DNA from: an uncultured Candidatus Rokubacteria bacterium
GTDB lineage: Bacteria; Methylomirabilota; Methylomirabilia; Rokubacteriales; DASRDR01
DNA length: 64,000 nucleotides
Assembly: GCA_963708025.1 (NCBI GenBank)
Contig: CAVPSB010000015.1
Location: 64,001-128,000 of the forward strand
Direction: 5' to 3'
Under the pieces are notes generated by a model. It did not search any database. It was not told where the DNA came from and worked only from the letters and a program-made list of their open reading frames with translations. Positions 52,363 through 62,176 of this stretch are shown piece by piece (position 1 is the stretch's first letter; each line of letters begins with the position of its first letter). A program made the position numbers and the translations under genes.

Positions 52363-53358
52363 GTGAACGGATCGGGACTTCCGACTCCCCCTCCCCCCGG
52401 TGGGTGGGGGAGGGGGTGGGGGGGAGGGCGGGAGGTACCGATAATCGGCGCGTACATCGGGCGTCGCCTGCTCCAGAGCGCGCTGACCGTCTTCGCGGTC
52501 AGCGCGCTCGTCTTCGCCTTCATGACGATGGCCGGCGACCCGGCCATCCTGCTCCTGCCTCCGGAGGCCGGGACGGCCGAGCTCGAGCGGTTCCGGCACG
52601 AGCTCGGGCTGGACCGCCCGGCCCACGTCCGCTACCTCGCCTTCATGACGAGGTTCTGGTACAGCGACGCGGTGCGGTCGTTCCGGTACAGCGATCCGCT
52701 GCTGCCCCTCGTCCTGGGACACCTCCGGTGGACCCTGGTCCTGGCCGCGGCCGCGATGACGCTCGCGCTGGCGCTGGCGCTGCCGCTCGGGGCCTGGGCG
52801 GCCCGGCGGCGGGGCGGCGTCGCCGACGTGCTGATCCGGCTGGTGGCGGTGGTTGGCGAGTCGGTGCCGTCGTTCGTCACGGCGATCCTGCTCATGTACG
52901 TGCTGGCGGTGTGGCTTCCCATCCTGCCGGTGGCCGGGCTGGGCCTGCCCCATGCGGTGCTGCCGGTCGCCACCCTCACGCTCTTCCAGCTCGCCGTGCT
53001 CCTCCGCCTCCTCCGCTCCGAGCTGCTCGACGTGCTCGGCCAGGACTACGTCCGGACGGCCCGCGGCAAGGGGGTGGCCGAGGCCGCGATCCTCGCCCGC
53101 CACGCGCTCCGGAACGCGCTGATCCCGGTCGTCGCCATGGCCGGGCTGCTCCTCAACGGTCTTGTGGTGGGCGCCGTCGTCGTGGAGCCCATCTTCGCCT
53201 GGCCAGGCCTGGGCTGGCTCCTGGTCCAGTCGGTCTTCGCCCGCGACTACCCGGTGGTGGTGGGCGGCGCGACCATCGCCGCCGTCGTCGTCGCGCTGGT
53301 GAACCTGCTGGTGGACGTGCTGCAGGTGTGGATCGACCCGCGGATCCGCACGGCGTGA
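52363..53358 (+). CDS. DppB/OppB-type ABC permease (N-terminus overlaps a junction repeat; start uncertain)
   Basis: YIGRRLL, LGLDRP, DYVRTARGKG, HALRNAL, RDYPVV, DPRIR. Confidence 0.9.
   Translation: MNGSGLPTPPPPGGWGRGWGGGREVPIIGAYIGRRLLQSALTVFAVSALVFAFMTMAGDPAILLLPPEAGTAELERFRHELGLDRPAHVRYLAFMTRFWYSDAVRSFRYSDPLLPLVLGHLRWTLVLAAAAMTLALALALPLGAWAARRRGGVADVLIRLVAVVGESVPSFVTAILLMYVLAVWLPILPVAGLGLPHAVLPVATLTLFQLAVLLRLLRSELLDVLGQDYVRTARGKGVAEAAILARHALRNALIPVVAMAGLLLNGLVVGAVVVEPIFAWPGLGWLLVQSVFARDYPVVVGGATIAAVVVALVNLLVDVLQVWIDPRIRTA
52366..52443 (+). repeat. G-rich gene-junction repeat, in frame at the permease N-terminus
   Basis: GATCGGGA…CCCCCTCCCCCCGGTGGGTGGGGGAGGGGGTGGGGGGAGGGCGGGAGGTACCGATA. 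Confidence 0.72.
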
Positions 53359-54206
53359 CCGCGCCGCAGCGGCTCGCCGGCGACCTCGCCTTCGGGCTGT
53401 CCTTGGCGGTCCTGCTGGCGGTGTCGCTGCTGGCCGCGTGGCCCGGCCTGGTCACGAGCCAGAATCCCGCGCGCCAGAGCCTGCTCGACCGGCACCGGCC
53501 GCCGGGGCACGTGGACGAGGCGGGCCGCTCGCACCCGCTGGGGACGGACCACCTGGGGCGGGACGTCTGGAGCCGGCTGGCTCACGGGGCGCGGGCCTCG
53601 CTCACGGTGGGCTACGCGGGGCTCGTGCTCGGCGCCGGCCTCGGCGTGACGCTCGGGCTCGTGGCGGGCTTCCGCGGCGGGGCCCTGGACCGTGGGCTGG
53701 TGGGGGTGATCGATGCCTATCTGAGCTTCCCCTACATCCTGATCGCGATCGTCTGGGGCGCCCTGGTCCGGATGACGATCGGGACCCTGGTCGTGATCAT
53801 CGCGCTCCGCGGCTGGGTGGAGTTCGCCCGGGTCGTGCGGGCCCAGGTGCTGTCCGTTCGCGAGCGGGAGTTCGTGGTCGCCGCCCGGGCGCTCGGGGCC
53901 AGCGACGCGCGGCTGGTCGCGCGGCACGTGCTGCCGAGCGCCCGCGGCGCCATTCTGGTGATCGCCGGGTTCCAGCTCGGCCGGCTCATCCTCCTCGAGT
54001 CGACGCTCTCGTTCCTCGGCCTCGGCATCCAGCCCCCGACCCCGGCCTGGGGGGCCATGCTCGCCGACGCCCGCCTCTACCTCACGCAGGCCTGGTGGAC
54101 GGTCGCCTTCCCCGGCGCCGCCATCTCGCTGGTGGTGGTGGCGGCGAACTTCCTGGGTGACAGCGTGCGCGACCGCCTCGACCCGACGATCCGCGGGCGA
54201 CTCTGA
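53355..54206 (+). CDS. DppC/OppC-type ABC permease
   Basis: HPLGTDHLGRDV, EFVVAARALGAS, LSFLGLG..PP.PAWG.ML; GTGA overlap. Confidence 0.92.
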   Translation: MTAPQRLAGDLAFGLSLAVLLAVSLLAAWPGLVTSQNPARQSLLDRHRPPGHVDEAGRSHPLGTDHLGRDVWSRLAHGARASLTVGYAGLVLGAGLGVTLGLVAGFRGGALDRGLVGVIDAYLSFPYILIAIVWGALVRMTIGTLVVIIALRGWVEFARVVRAQVLSVREREFVVAARALGASDARLVARHVLPSARGAILVIAGFQLGRLILLESTLSFLGLGIQPPTPAWGAMLADARLYLTQAWWTVAFPGAAISLVVVAANFLGDSVRDRLDPTIRGRL

Positions 54207-54304
54207 ACCCGCCGCACGTTGCCGGGTCCGGATGGATGGAGTATCGTTCCCCTCGGCGTCCTCACCGCCACACCGAGCCACGGGCATGGGAGAAAGGCAG
54301 GACC

Positions 54305-54661
54305 ATGACAGTCGCTGGCAACATCGCGGTGGCCCTGGTGGCGCTGTTGCATCTGTACTTCCTGGTCCTGGAGATGTTTCTCTGGGAGAAGCCGCGGGGC
54401 CTGCGGACCTTCGGTCTCACGCCCGAGTTCGCGAAGGCCTCGAAGACTCTCGCCGCGAACCAGGGTCTGTACAACGGATTCCTGGTGGCTGGGCTCGTCT
54501 GGGGCCTCAGCCTCGGTGCCGCGGGGAGCTCGATCAAGGTCTTCTTCCTCGGGTGTGTCGTCGTCGCCGGGGTGTTCGGCGCGTTGACCGCGAATCGCAA
54601 GATCCTCTGGGTTCAGGCGGTTCCCGGTGCGGTCGCGCTCGTGCTGGTGCTGGCGTCCTGA
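54305..54661 (+). CDS. DUF1304 family membrane protein
   Basis: LHLYFLVLEMFLW, LAANQGLYNGFL, KILWVQ. Confidence 0.88.
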   Translation: MTVAGNIAVALVALLHLYFLVLEMFLWEKPRGLRTFGLTPEFAKASKTLAANQGLYNGFLVAGLVWGLSLGAAGSSIKVFFLGCVVVAGVFGALTANRKILWVQAVPGAVALVLVLAS

Positions 54662-54684
54662 GGCCCTGCGACCGGGAATCGGAT

Positions 54685-55212
54685 GTGATCGAGCTCCGGA
54701 CGGACCGGCTGCTCCTGCGCCCGCTTCGCGAGGCGGACCTCGACGCGTACGCGGCCATGTGCGCCGACCCGGAGATCATGCGCTACCTGGGCGACGGGCG
54801 GACGCTGGATCGCGAGGACGCCTGGCGCCACATGGCGATGCTGATGGGCCACTGGGCGCTGCGCGGCTTCGGGACGTGGGCCCTCGAGGAGCGGGGCAGC
54901 GGCGCGTTCGTCGGGCGGGCGGGTCTCCATTTCCCGGAAGGATGGCCCGATCGGGAGGTCGGCTGGGCCCTGGGGCGCGAGCACTGGGGGAAGGGGTACG
55001 CCACCGAGGCGGCGCGGGCGGCGCTCGATCACGCGTTCGACACGCTCGGGTGGGAGCGCGCGATCAGCCTGATCCACGCCGAGAATCGGCGCTCGATTCG
55101 TGTCGCCGAGCGGCTGGGCGAGCGCTTCGAGCGCGAGGCCACGGTCCGCGGACAGCCGGCCGGTCTCTACGTCGTGAGCCGCGCTACCTGGAAGGCGCGC
55201 GCCTCCGGCTGA
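54685..55212 (+). CDS. GNAT (RimJ/RimL-type) N-acetyltransferase
   Basis: LRTDRLLLR, EVGW, WGKGYATEAA, ENRRSIRVAERLG. Confidence 0.9.
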   Translation: MIELRTDRLLLRPLREADLDAYAAMCADPEIMRYLGDGRTLDREDAWRHMAMLMGHWALRGFGTWALEERGSGAFVGRAGLHFPEGWPDREVGWALGREHWGKGYATEAARAALDHAFDTLGWERAISLIHAENRRSIRVAERLGERFEREATVRGQPAGLYVVSRATWKARASG

Positions 55213-55280
55213 TCCGCACTCCAGCGGGCCCGCGCAGTCCGCCGAGGGAGGCCGCCCGGGCCCGATGCCGGGAGCCGGGT

Positions 55281-56788
55281 TCACGTCGCCCTCCACGAGA
55301 CGCGGCGCACCGGCAGGCCGAGGAGGCGGCGGTCTCCCGGCGCCGGCGGCCACGGGGAGCAAGCCCACGCGAACCGCGCCCAGCCGGTGGACGCCTGGTG
55401 AAAGCGGGCCACGGCCCGATGCTCTCCGTACGTCACGTCCGGGACCCTGCCGTTGACGTAGATTCGGAGAGCGAGTGACCGTCGCACCGGGAGCCACTCG
55501 ATCGACACCTCATAGGAGCCGGCGGCCAGTGGCGCCTCGAAGATCGCGACGGGCTCCGACCAGCGGAAAGGCTGACCACGCCAGCGCTCGGGGGAATGGA
55601 GGCCGAGCGACGGGAAGCCCTCGGCCCGCGCCGCGTCCCACGGGGAGGCCGTCCGGGAGTCCCGGAAGCGGCTCGAGCGCGGACGGGGCCGCGGGCGGGG
55701 GCTGGGAAGCGAGCCAGCGATTCGACGAAGCGGAGTCGGATCCGCTGGACGGCGGCGTCGTTGAGGAGGGCGACCCCATGACGGCCCGGCACCTTGCCGC
55801 GGGAGAGCCGGAGACGCCATGGCAGCGCGGCGCGGGCGATCGCCAGCCGAAGGCGCGCGCGGCTCAGGCGTGGCCACACCCCGAACGCGGCCCGGCCCGC
55901 CGCGCCGAGCAGGAAGCGGAGCCACGCTGCCGTCCATCGCCGGTCCCCGGAGCCTCGAGCCCGCATCCACTCCCGGAACCCCAGGGACCAGGCGGCCCGG
56001 GCCAGGTCGGGGCGCCACTGATGGCGGCCGAACCACTCCGGGACCTCGTCGAGCAGGGTCCGGCACGGGTCATCGCCGGCCTCCGCGTGATAGCGGACCT
56101 CCCCGCGCGCGAAGTCCTCGGCGAACTCGATGAGCTCGCCGATGTGCCCCAGATAGAAGTGCCGTAGCACGACCTCCGGCGCGTAGCCGATCCGGTACCC
56201 CAGCCGGTACATGCGGGCGGCGAGCAGCCACTCCGCGAAGTGGCCGAACTCCGGGCGGAACCCCCCCGCCTCGAGGTACGGCCCCCGCCACGCGATGTAG
56301 CACTGGTCGAGGATTCTCCGCCACGGGTGCTGCTCCATGCCGTATCGGATGTCGTCCTCGTACATGGCGGCCTCGGCCTGGCCCAGGCGGTTGTGCGTCA
56401 CGCCGACCGAGCGGCAGCTCAGACCGGCGACCCCGGGGCGGGCGCGGATCGCCTCGTCGGCTCGCTGCAGCGTCTCCGGCGCCGGGAGCACGTGGGATTC
56501 CGTGAAGAAGAGCAGCTCGCCCCGCGCCTCGCGTGCTCCCCGGTCCGCGAGCGCGATGTCGTGCGGCTGGTCGTGGACGAGCAGCCGGTCGAAGCGGGTC
56601 AGCAGCGACTCCGCGGCCGCCACCGGCGGGGACCCTGGCGAGAGCGGACACCAGACGGCGAGCACCTCGTAGCGGTCGCGCGGGAACGTCTGCTCCCGGG
56701 TCCAGCCGCGCAGGCAAGCTTCGGCCTGGCCGCGAGGGGACTCCAGCGGCACGATGACCGAGAACCGGTAGCGCGGCTCGCTCGTCAC
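55281..56788 (-). CDS. Glycosyltransferase family 2-like protein with C-terminal beta domain, frameshift ~55690
   Basis: FSVIVP, ARGELLFFTESH, GGF..EFGHFAE; C-terminal PERWRGQPFRWS…DRRLLG in ORF 55281 frame. Confidence 0.7.
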
Positions 56789-56822
56789 GGGAGCATCGGC
56801 CGGAGACGGTCCGAGGGAGCCA

Positions 56823-57683
56823 TCAGGCAGTGTGCCGCGGGCGGAGGCCGCGCGCCCTCCGGGCGAGGACGTCCTGGAGCCCGTCCGACAGCACCTGGAA
56901 GGCCAGCACGACGAGGAAGATGGCGGCTCCGGAGGCCACCGAGATCCACGGCGCCAGCAGGAGGTACGAGTAGCCCTCCCGCAGCATCCGGCCCCACGAC
57001 AGGGCGGGCGGCGGCACGCCGAGACCGAGGAACGAGAGGCTCGCCTCGGTCAGGATGGCGGTCCCCACCCCGAACGACGCCTGCACCAGGAGCACGTCGC
57101 TCACGTTCGGCAGGAGGTGCCGCCACATGATCCGGAGGCGCCGGGAGCCGAGCGCCCGGGCGGCGGTGATGAACTCGCGCTCGCGGAGCGACAGCACCTC
57201 GCCCCGCACCAGGATCGCGAACGTCGGGACGAAGGTGACGGCCAGCGCGCCGATCACGTTCCAGAGGCTCACGCCCAGGAAGGCCGTGATGGCCAGGGCC
57301 AGGACGAGGGACGGAAACACCAGGAGGGCGTCCATCGCCCGCATCAGGAGATCGGCCGCGCGGCCGGGCGCGCTGCCGGCCACGAGCCCGACCGCCGTTC
57401 CCGCCACCGTCCCGACCAGGACGGACAGCACGCCCACCACCATCGAGATCCGGGCCCCGGCCATGACCTGGCTCAGGACGTCCCGCCCGAGCGGATCCGT
57501 CCCCAGGGGGTGCGCCGGGCCTGGTCGGCTCAGGGTGCTCCGGGCGTCGTAGCGCGCGGGATCGTGCGGCGTGATCCGGGCGCCGAGCGCCGCGCACGTC
57601 AGGGCCGCGCCGATGACGAGCGCCCCCAGGCCGATGGGCGCTCCCGGCCTACCGATGGCGAACGCGCGGGTCCACCAGCCCAT
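56823..57683 (-). CDS. DppC/OppC-type ABC permease
   Basis: HPLGTDPLGRDV, EFITAARALG, HLLPN, EASLSFLGLG; start approximate. Confidence 0.92.
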   Translation of the reverse strand: MGWWTRAFAIGRPGAPIGLGALVIGAALTCAALGARITPHDPARYDARSTLSRPGPAHPLGTDPLGRDVLSQVMAGARISMVVGVLSVLVGTVAGTAVGLVAGSAPGRAADLLMRAMDALLVFPSLVLALAITAFLGVSLWNVIGALAVTFVPTFAILVRGEVLSLREREFITAARALGSRRLRIMWRHLLPNVSDVLLVQASFGVGTAILTEASLSFLGLGVPPPALSWGRMLREGYSYLLLAPWISVASGAAIFLVVLAFQVLSDGLQDVLARRARGLRPRHTA

Positions 57684-58593
57684 AGGCCAGCTCGACCAGG
57701 AGGTTGGTCAGGAACACCCCGACGGTGACGACGATGATCACGCCCTGCACCACCGGAAAATCCCGGCTCAGGATGGAGTCCACGAGCAGGACGCCGACGC
57801 CGGGGAGGGCGAAGATGGTCTCGGTGACCACGGCGCCCCCGAAGAGCCGGGAGACGCTCACGCCCAGCACGCTCAGCACCGGCAGGAGCGAGTTCCGCAG
57901 CGCGTGCACCCAGAGGACGCGCCGCTCGCGGACCCCCTTGGCCCGGGCCGTCCGGACGTAGTCGCTCTCCAGCGCGTCCAGCATCCGGGCCCGCGTGAGG
58001 CGGGCCAGGTTCGAGAAGTACGCCGCGCTGAGCGTGATGGCCGGGAGGACCATGGACTTCAGGTTCCCGAGCGGGTCCTCCAGGGCCGACACGCTGCCCG
58101 ACGAGGGCAGCACCCGGAGCTGGAGCGCGAAGAGGAGGATGAGCAGGATCGCGATCCAGAAGTTCGGCATGGCGATGCCGAGCGCGGTCAGCACCGACAC
58201 GCCGAGGTCGACCCGGGTGTGGGCCCGGACCGCGGCCAGGATCCCCAGCGCGAGGGCCAGCCCCACCGCCAGCCCCAGCGCCAGGACCGTCAGCTCGAGG
58301 GTCACCGGCAGCCGGGCCCCGATGGAGCCCAGCACCGGCTGCCCCGTCCGGAACGAGCGCCCCCAGTCGCCGCGCGCGAGGCGCCCGAGCCAGTCGAGGT
58401 ACTGGACGTGGGCCGGGCGGTCGAAGCCCAGGTCCTGCCGGAGCCGGGCCACGGTGGCCGGATCCGCGTCGCGCCCCAGCATCAGGACCACCGGGTCGCC
58501 CAGGACCGCCTGCATCAGGAAGAAGACGAGGGCGGTGAGGAACAGGACGGCGAACAGCATCGCCGCCAGGCGGCGGAGGACGAAGACCCCCAC
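57649..58593 (-). CDS. DppB/OppB-type ABC permease
   Basis: GDWGRS, RLPVTLEL, DYVRTARAKG, HALRNS, RDFPVVQG, DPRV. Confidence 0.93.
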   Translation of the reverse strand: MGVFVLRRLAAMLFAVLFLTALVFFLMQAVLGDPVVLMLGRDADPATVARLRQDLGFDRPAHVQYLDWLGRLARGDWGRSFRTGQPVLGSIGARLPVTLELTVLALGLAVGLALALGILAAVRAHTRVDLGVSVLTALGIAMPNFWIAILLILLFALQLRVLPSSGSVSALEDPLGNLKSMVLPAITLSAAYFSNLARLTRARMLDALESDYVRTARAKGVRERRVLWVHALRNSLLPVLSVLGVSVSRLFGGAVVTETIFALPGVGVLLVDSILSRDFPVVQGVIIVVTVGVFLTNLLVELAYGLVDPRVRHR

Positions 58594-58635
58594 GGCCGGC
58601 CGGCTCAGGCCGGGGGCGTCACGGGCCGGCCCCGG

Positions 58636-60174
58636 CTACTTGTCGAGCCACAGCTCGCGGAAGCGCGGGATCAGGTCGGGGATCCAGCCCCAGTTCTGCA
58701 CCTTGCGGCCCATGACCGCGAACTCGGCGGTGTAGTTGAGGAAGACGTAGGGGACGTCGTCCACGATCATCCGCTCCGCCTCGTGGTAGAGGGGCTTGCG
58801 CCGCTCGGGCTCGTAGATCGCCGCCGCCCGGTCGAGCAGCTCGTCCACCCGCGGGTTGCTGTACCCGGTGGAGTTGGCGAAGCCCTTGCTGTGAAAGAGA
58901 ATCGACAGGAGCCCGCTCGGATCGGCCCGCTGGGTCCACCGGGTGTGGGTCCAGTTCGACTTCCGCTGGACGATCAGCGCGTAGGCGTCGGCGGTGTTCA
59001 CCGGCTCGAATTCCAGCGTCACGTTGATCTTCTGGAGCTGCCCCTGGAGCAGCTCGGCCTGGCGGATCCACTGGGGGGTGTTCTCGACGACGAACTTGTG
59101 GCGGAAGCCGTTCGGATACCCGGCCTCGGCGAGCTTCTTCCGCGCCTCCGCCGGGTCGTGCCCGAAGCCCTTGAGCCCGGCGTCGAACCACCAGAGCCCC
59201 GGCACCACCGGGCCCCGGGCCGGCTCGCCGAACCCCCGGAGCAGGATGTCCTTCAGCTCGTTCCGGTCGATACCGAGGGCAATGGCCTGCCGGAGCGCCT
59301 TGTTGTTGAAGGGCGGCTTGTCCACCTGCCACTGGAGCGCGGTCCAGCGGGCGGCCGGCCGCATCTCGGACACCCGGAGGCTGGCCTCGCCCTGGAGGGC
59401 GGGGACGTCCTTGGCGTCCACGTCGGTGGTGATGTCCACCTCGCCGGTCCGGACCATGGTCAGCCGGACCGTCGGGTCCGGCACGATCCGGAAGGTGATC
59501 TTGTCGAGGTACGGCTTGCCCTTGTCCCAGTAGTCCGGGAACCGCTCGAGGGTCACCTGGGAATCGGCGACCCACTCGACGAGCCGGAACGGCCCGGTTC
59601 CCACCGGGCGCCGGCCGAAGTCCGGGCCGGCCTGCTTCACGGCGGCCGGCGACACGATGAAGCCGGGTCGCTCGGCCAGGGCGGCCAGGAGCGGCGCGAA
59701 GGGCTTCTTCAGCTCGAACGCGACCGTGTGGGGGTCGACCACCGTCACCGCGGCCACCGCGGGCTCGAGTTGGCTCCGCTGGGGCGACTTGCTCTGCGGG
59801 TCCAGGATGCGCTCGACGTTCCACTTCACGACCTCGGCGGTGAGGTCCGTCCCGTCGTGGAACTTGACGCCGCGCTGGAGCTGGAACGTCACCCGCTTGC
59901 CGTCCGGGGACACCTGCCAGGCCCGCGCCAGCTCGGGCACGACGTTGAAGCCCTTGTCGAGGCCCACCAGCGTGTTGAACACGAGGTAGAGGACGTAGCG
60001 CTCGGAGAACTGCACCGAGAAGTGCGGGTCGAGGATCTTGGCGTCGGCGATCCACCCGACCCGGAGCGTGCCGCCCCGGACGGGGGTCTGGGCCCGGCCC
60101 AGCGCCGCGAGGGCCAGCACCGTCGCGAGGCCGACGACCATCGTGAACAGCGCCGCTCGTCGATCCGCTCTCAT
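58636..60174 (-). CDS. ABC transporter substrate-binding protein, family 5
   Basis: Signal peptide; RGGTLR, PELA..W, GVKFHDGT, PVGTGPF, LRQAIA. Confidence 0.93.
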   Translation of the reverse strand: MRADRRAALFTMVVGLATVLALAALGRAQTPVRGGTLRVGWIADAKILDPHFSVQFSERYVLYLVFNTLVGLDKGFNVVPELARAWQVSPDGKRVTFQLQRGVKFHDGTDLTAEVVKWNVERILDPQSKSPQRSQLEPAVAAVTVVDPHTVAFELKKPFAPLLAALAERPGFIVSPAAVKQAGPDFGRRPVGTGPFRLVEWVADSQVTLERFPDYWDKGKPYLDKITFRIVPDPTVRLTMVRTGEVDITTDVDAKDVPALQGEASLRVSEMRPAARWTALQWQVDKPPFNNKALRQAIALGIDRNELKDILLRGFGEPARGPVVPGLWWFDAGLKGFGHDPAEARKKLAEAGYPNGFRHKFVVENTPQWIRQAELLQGQLQKINVTLEFEPVNTADAYALIVQRKSNWTHTRWTQRADPSGLLSILFHSKGFANSTGYSNPRVDELLDRAAAIYEPERRKPLYHEAERMIVDDVPYVFLNYTAEFAVMGRKVQNWGWIPDLIPRFRELWLDK

Positions 60175-60212
60175 CCCCCCCACCTCCCGTGTCGCGCGCG
60201 TCTCGGGCTAAT

Positions 60213-60617
60213 CTAACCGGCCGCCTGCTTGTCGAGCTGGTCGAAGACCTCCTTGGCCGCCCGGAAGCCGGCGTGGGCGGCCGGCTGGCCGGCGTAGAAG
60301 GCCATCTGCATGATGATCTCGACGATCTGCTCCCGCGTGAGCCCGAGGTTGAGACCACCGCGGATGTGCGCCTTCAGCTCGGGCTCCCGCCCCAGCGCGG
60401 TGAGCGCCGCGATCGTGATCATGCTGCGGTGGGGGAGCTCCAGGCCCGGACGGCTCCAGACCTGACCGAACAGCACCTCGTCGCTGATGCGCCCCAGGTC
60501 GGGCGCCAGCTCCTGGGTTGGGCTCTTGGCGGCGCCGGGCGCCGGGGCGCCGAAGACCCGCTGCCGCAGCTTCTGCCCGATGGCCCGATACTCGTCCAGG
60601 GTCGGCATGGTCGTCAC
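60213..60617 (-). CDS. Carboxymuconolactone decarboxylase family protein
   Basis: FGQVWSRPGL..RSMITIAAL, HIRGGLNLG, FYAGQP; GTGA overlap with LLM gene. Confidence 0.88.
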   Translation of the reverse strand: MTTMPTLDEYRAIGQKLRQRVFGAPAPGAAKSPTQELAPDLGRISDEVLFGQVWSRPGLELPHRSMITIAALTALGREPELKAHIRGGLNLGLTREQIVEIIMQMAFYAGQPAAHAGFRAAKEVFDQLDKQAAG

Positions 60618-62050
60618 CGCTCCATCGCGCGTCGATTGGTGTGCCGCTCGTGCCACCGGAGCTCCCGCATGCGCTCGGTCAGGTGGCGCCCGATCGCCGC
60701 CCGGTCCTCTCCGTCCCACCGCCGGTACAGCGCGATGACCGGCCGGCCGCAGTCGGGACACCCGGCGTCCGAGACGAGGCGCAGGAGCCCCTGCACGTCG
60801 ACCGAGCCGTCGGCGTGCGCCCGCACCTTGGGCGCGGTCGCGAAGTCGAAGATGTAGCTCCGGCGGCGCTGGCCGGTCGAGGCGCGCTCGAACTGGCCGA
60901 ACCACTCGTCGGCTTCCCAGGCCATCCAGTCCCCGGCCAGGCCCTCGACGTCGATGAGCACCGGCTCCCGCATGGTCGTGCGGGCCCGCCCGTGGGGGTC
61001 GGGGATCGGACGCGCGGCCGGCCGGTCGTCCGCGAAGTGCGGCATCACCCGCTCGGCGAAGAGCTCCATCGACCGGACGATGTCGCGCTGCGGCTGGCCC
61101 CAGTCGAAGTTGACGATGAACGCCTGGGCGCCCAGCGCCTCGTACTGGCGGAGCCGCTCGACGCAGTGCTCGGGCTCGCCGATCACCCCGCGCGCGATCA
61201 GCTCCTCCGCCGAGATGTCGTACCCCTTCGGCAGCGGCACCGCCTCGGTGAAGCCGTCCACGGTCGGGGCGGCGTTCTGGTGGAGGTTCCACTGGACCGT
61301 GTGGTACTCCTGCAACTGCTCGGCGGCCCGCCGCGCCTCGGCCTGGCTGGTCGTGACCCAGACCTCCCGCGACAGGCGCACCGGCGGCCGGTCCACCCCG
61401 AGGTCCTCGCAGATGGCGGCGAGCAGCCGCATCTGCCCCTCGAGCCGCCCGATGGGCTGGCGCTGGGCCGCCATCATGATGCCGATGCCGTGCTCGGCCG
61501 CGAAGCGCATGCTGTCCGGCGTCCGCGCGGCGATCCACGTCGGCGGGCACGGCCGCTGGAACGGGCGGGGGACCACGGTCACCTCGGGGAACTTGAAGTG
61601 GGTCCCCGCGTAGGCGAAGTCGGTCTCCGTCCAGGCCCGGAGGATGATCTCCAGGGCCTCCTGCTGGCGGGCGGCGGCCAGGGGCTCCGTCATGCCGAGC
61701 CGCTCGTACTCGTACTTGAAGCCGCCGCGGCCGAAGCCGATCTCCAGGCGCCCCCGCGTGAGCTGGTCGGCCAGCGCGACCTGGCCCGCCACCAGGAGGG
61801 GATCGTAGTATGGCGTGATGACCACCGCGGTGCCGAGCCGGACGCGGGTCGTGCGGTGGGCGGCGTCCACGACGTTGATGAGGGGGGCCGGCGAGCAGAG
61901 CTGGTTGGTGAACTGGTGCTCCGGGAACCAGACGGTGTCCATCCCCATCTGGTCACACAGCCGGATCTGCTCCAGCCCGTCGGCGTACACTCGCTCGAAC
62001 GGCTCGGCGGCGTCCGTCCGGGTGTGGGTGACGAAGTAGTCGAACTTCAT
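60614..62050 (-). CDS. LLM-class flavin-dependent oxidoreductase with ~130-aa C-terminal extension
   Basis: VWFPEHQF, RVRLGTAV, D.LT.GRLEIGFGRG, VVPRP.Q.P.P, GEPEHC, SMELFAERVMP; then a tail with CPDCG. Confidence 0.85.
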   Translation of the reverse strand: MKFDYFVTHTRTDAAEPFERVYADGLEQIRLCDQMGMDTVWFPEHQFTNQLCSPAPLINVVDAAHRTTRVRLGTAVVITPYYDPLLVAGQVALADQLTRGRLEIGFGRGGFKYEYERLGMTEPLAAARQQEALEIILRAWTETDFAYAGTHFKFPEVTVVPRPFQRPCPPTWIAARTPDSMRFAAEHGIGIMMAAQRQPIGRLEGQMRLLAAICEDLGVDRPPVRLSREVWVTTSQAEARRAAEQLQEYHTVQWNLHQNAAPTVDGFTEAVPLPKGYDISAEELIARGVIGEPEHCVERLRQYEALGAQAFIVNFDWGQPQRDIVRSMELFAERVMPHFADDRPAARPIPDPHGRARTTMREPVLIDVEGLAGDWMAWEADEWFGQFERASTGQRRRSYIFDFATAPKVRAHADGSVDVQGLLRLVSDAGCPDCGRPVIALYRRWDGEDRAAIGRHLTERMRELRWHERHTNRRAMER

Positions 62051-62105
62051 TCGGGACCCCCCCCACCCCCATCCCCTCCCCACCTGCCGGGGGGAGGGGG
62101 GTCGG
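62051..62105 (-). repeat. G-rich gene-junction repeat abutting the LLM start codon
   Basis: Minus strand CCGACCCCCTCCCCCCGGCAGGTGGGGAGGGGATGGGGGTGGGGGGGTCCCGA-ATG. Confidence 0.7.
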
Positions 62106-62176
62106 CCCTCGCGACCTCCGAGCTGCCCTGGCGAGGTAACGGCCTCGCGTGGTGTTCGGCGAACTGCATTGGGTCG

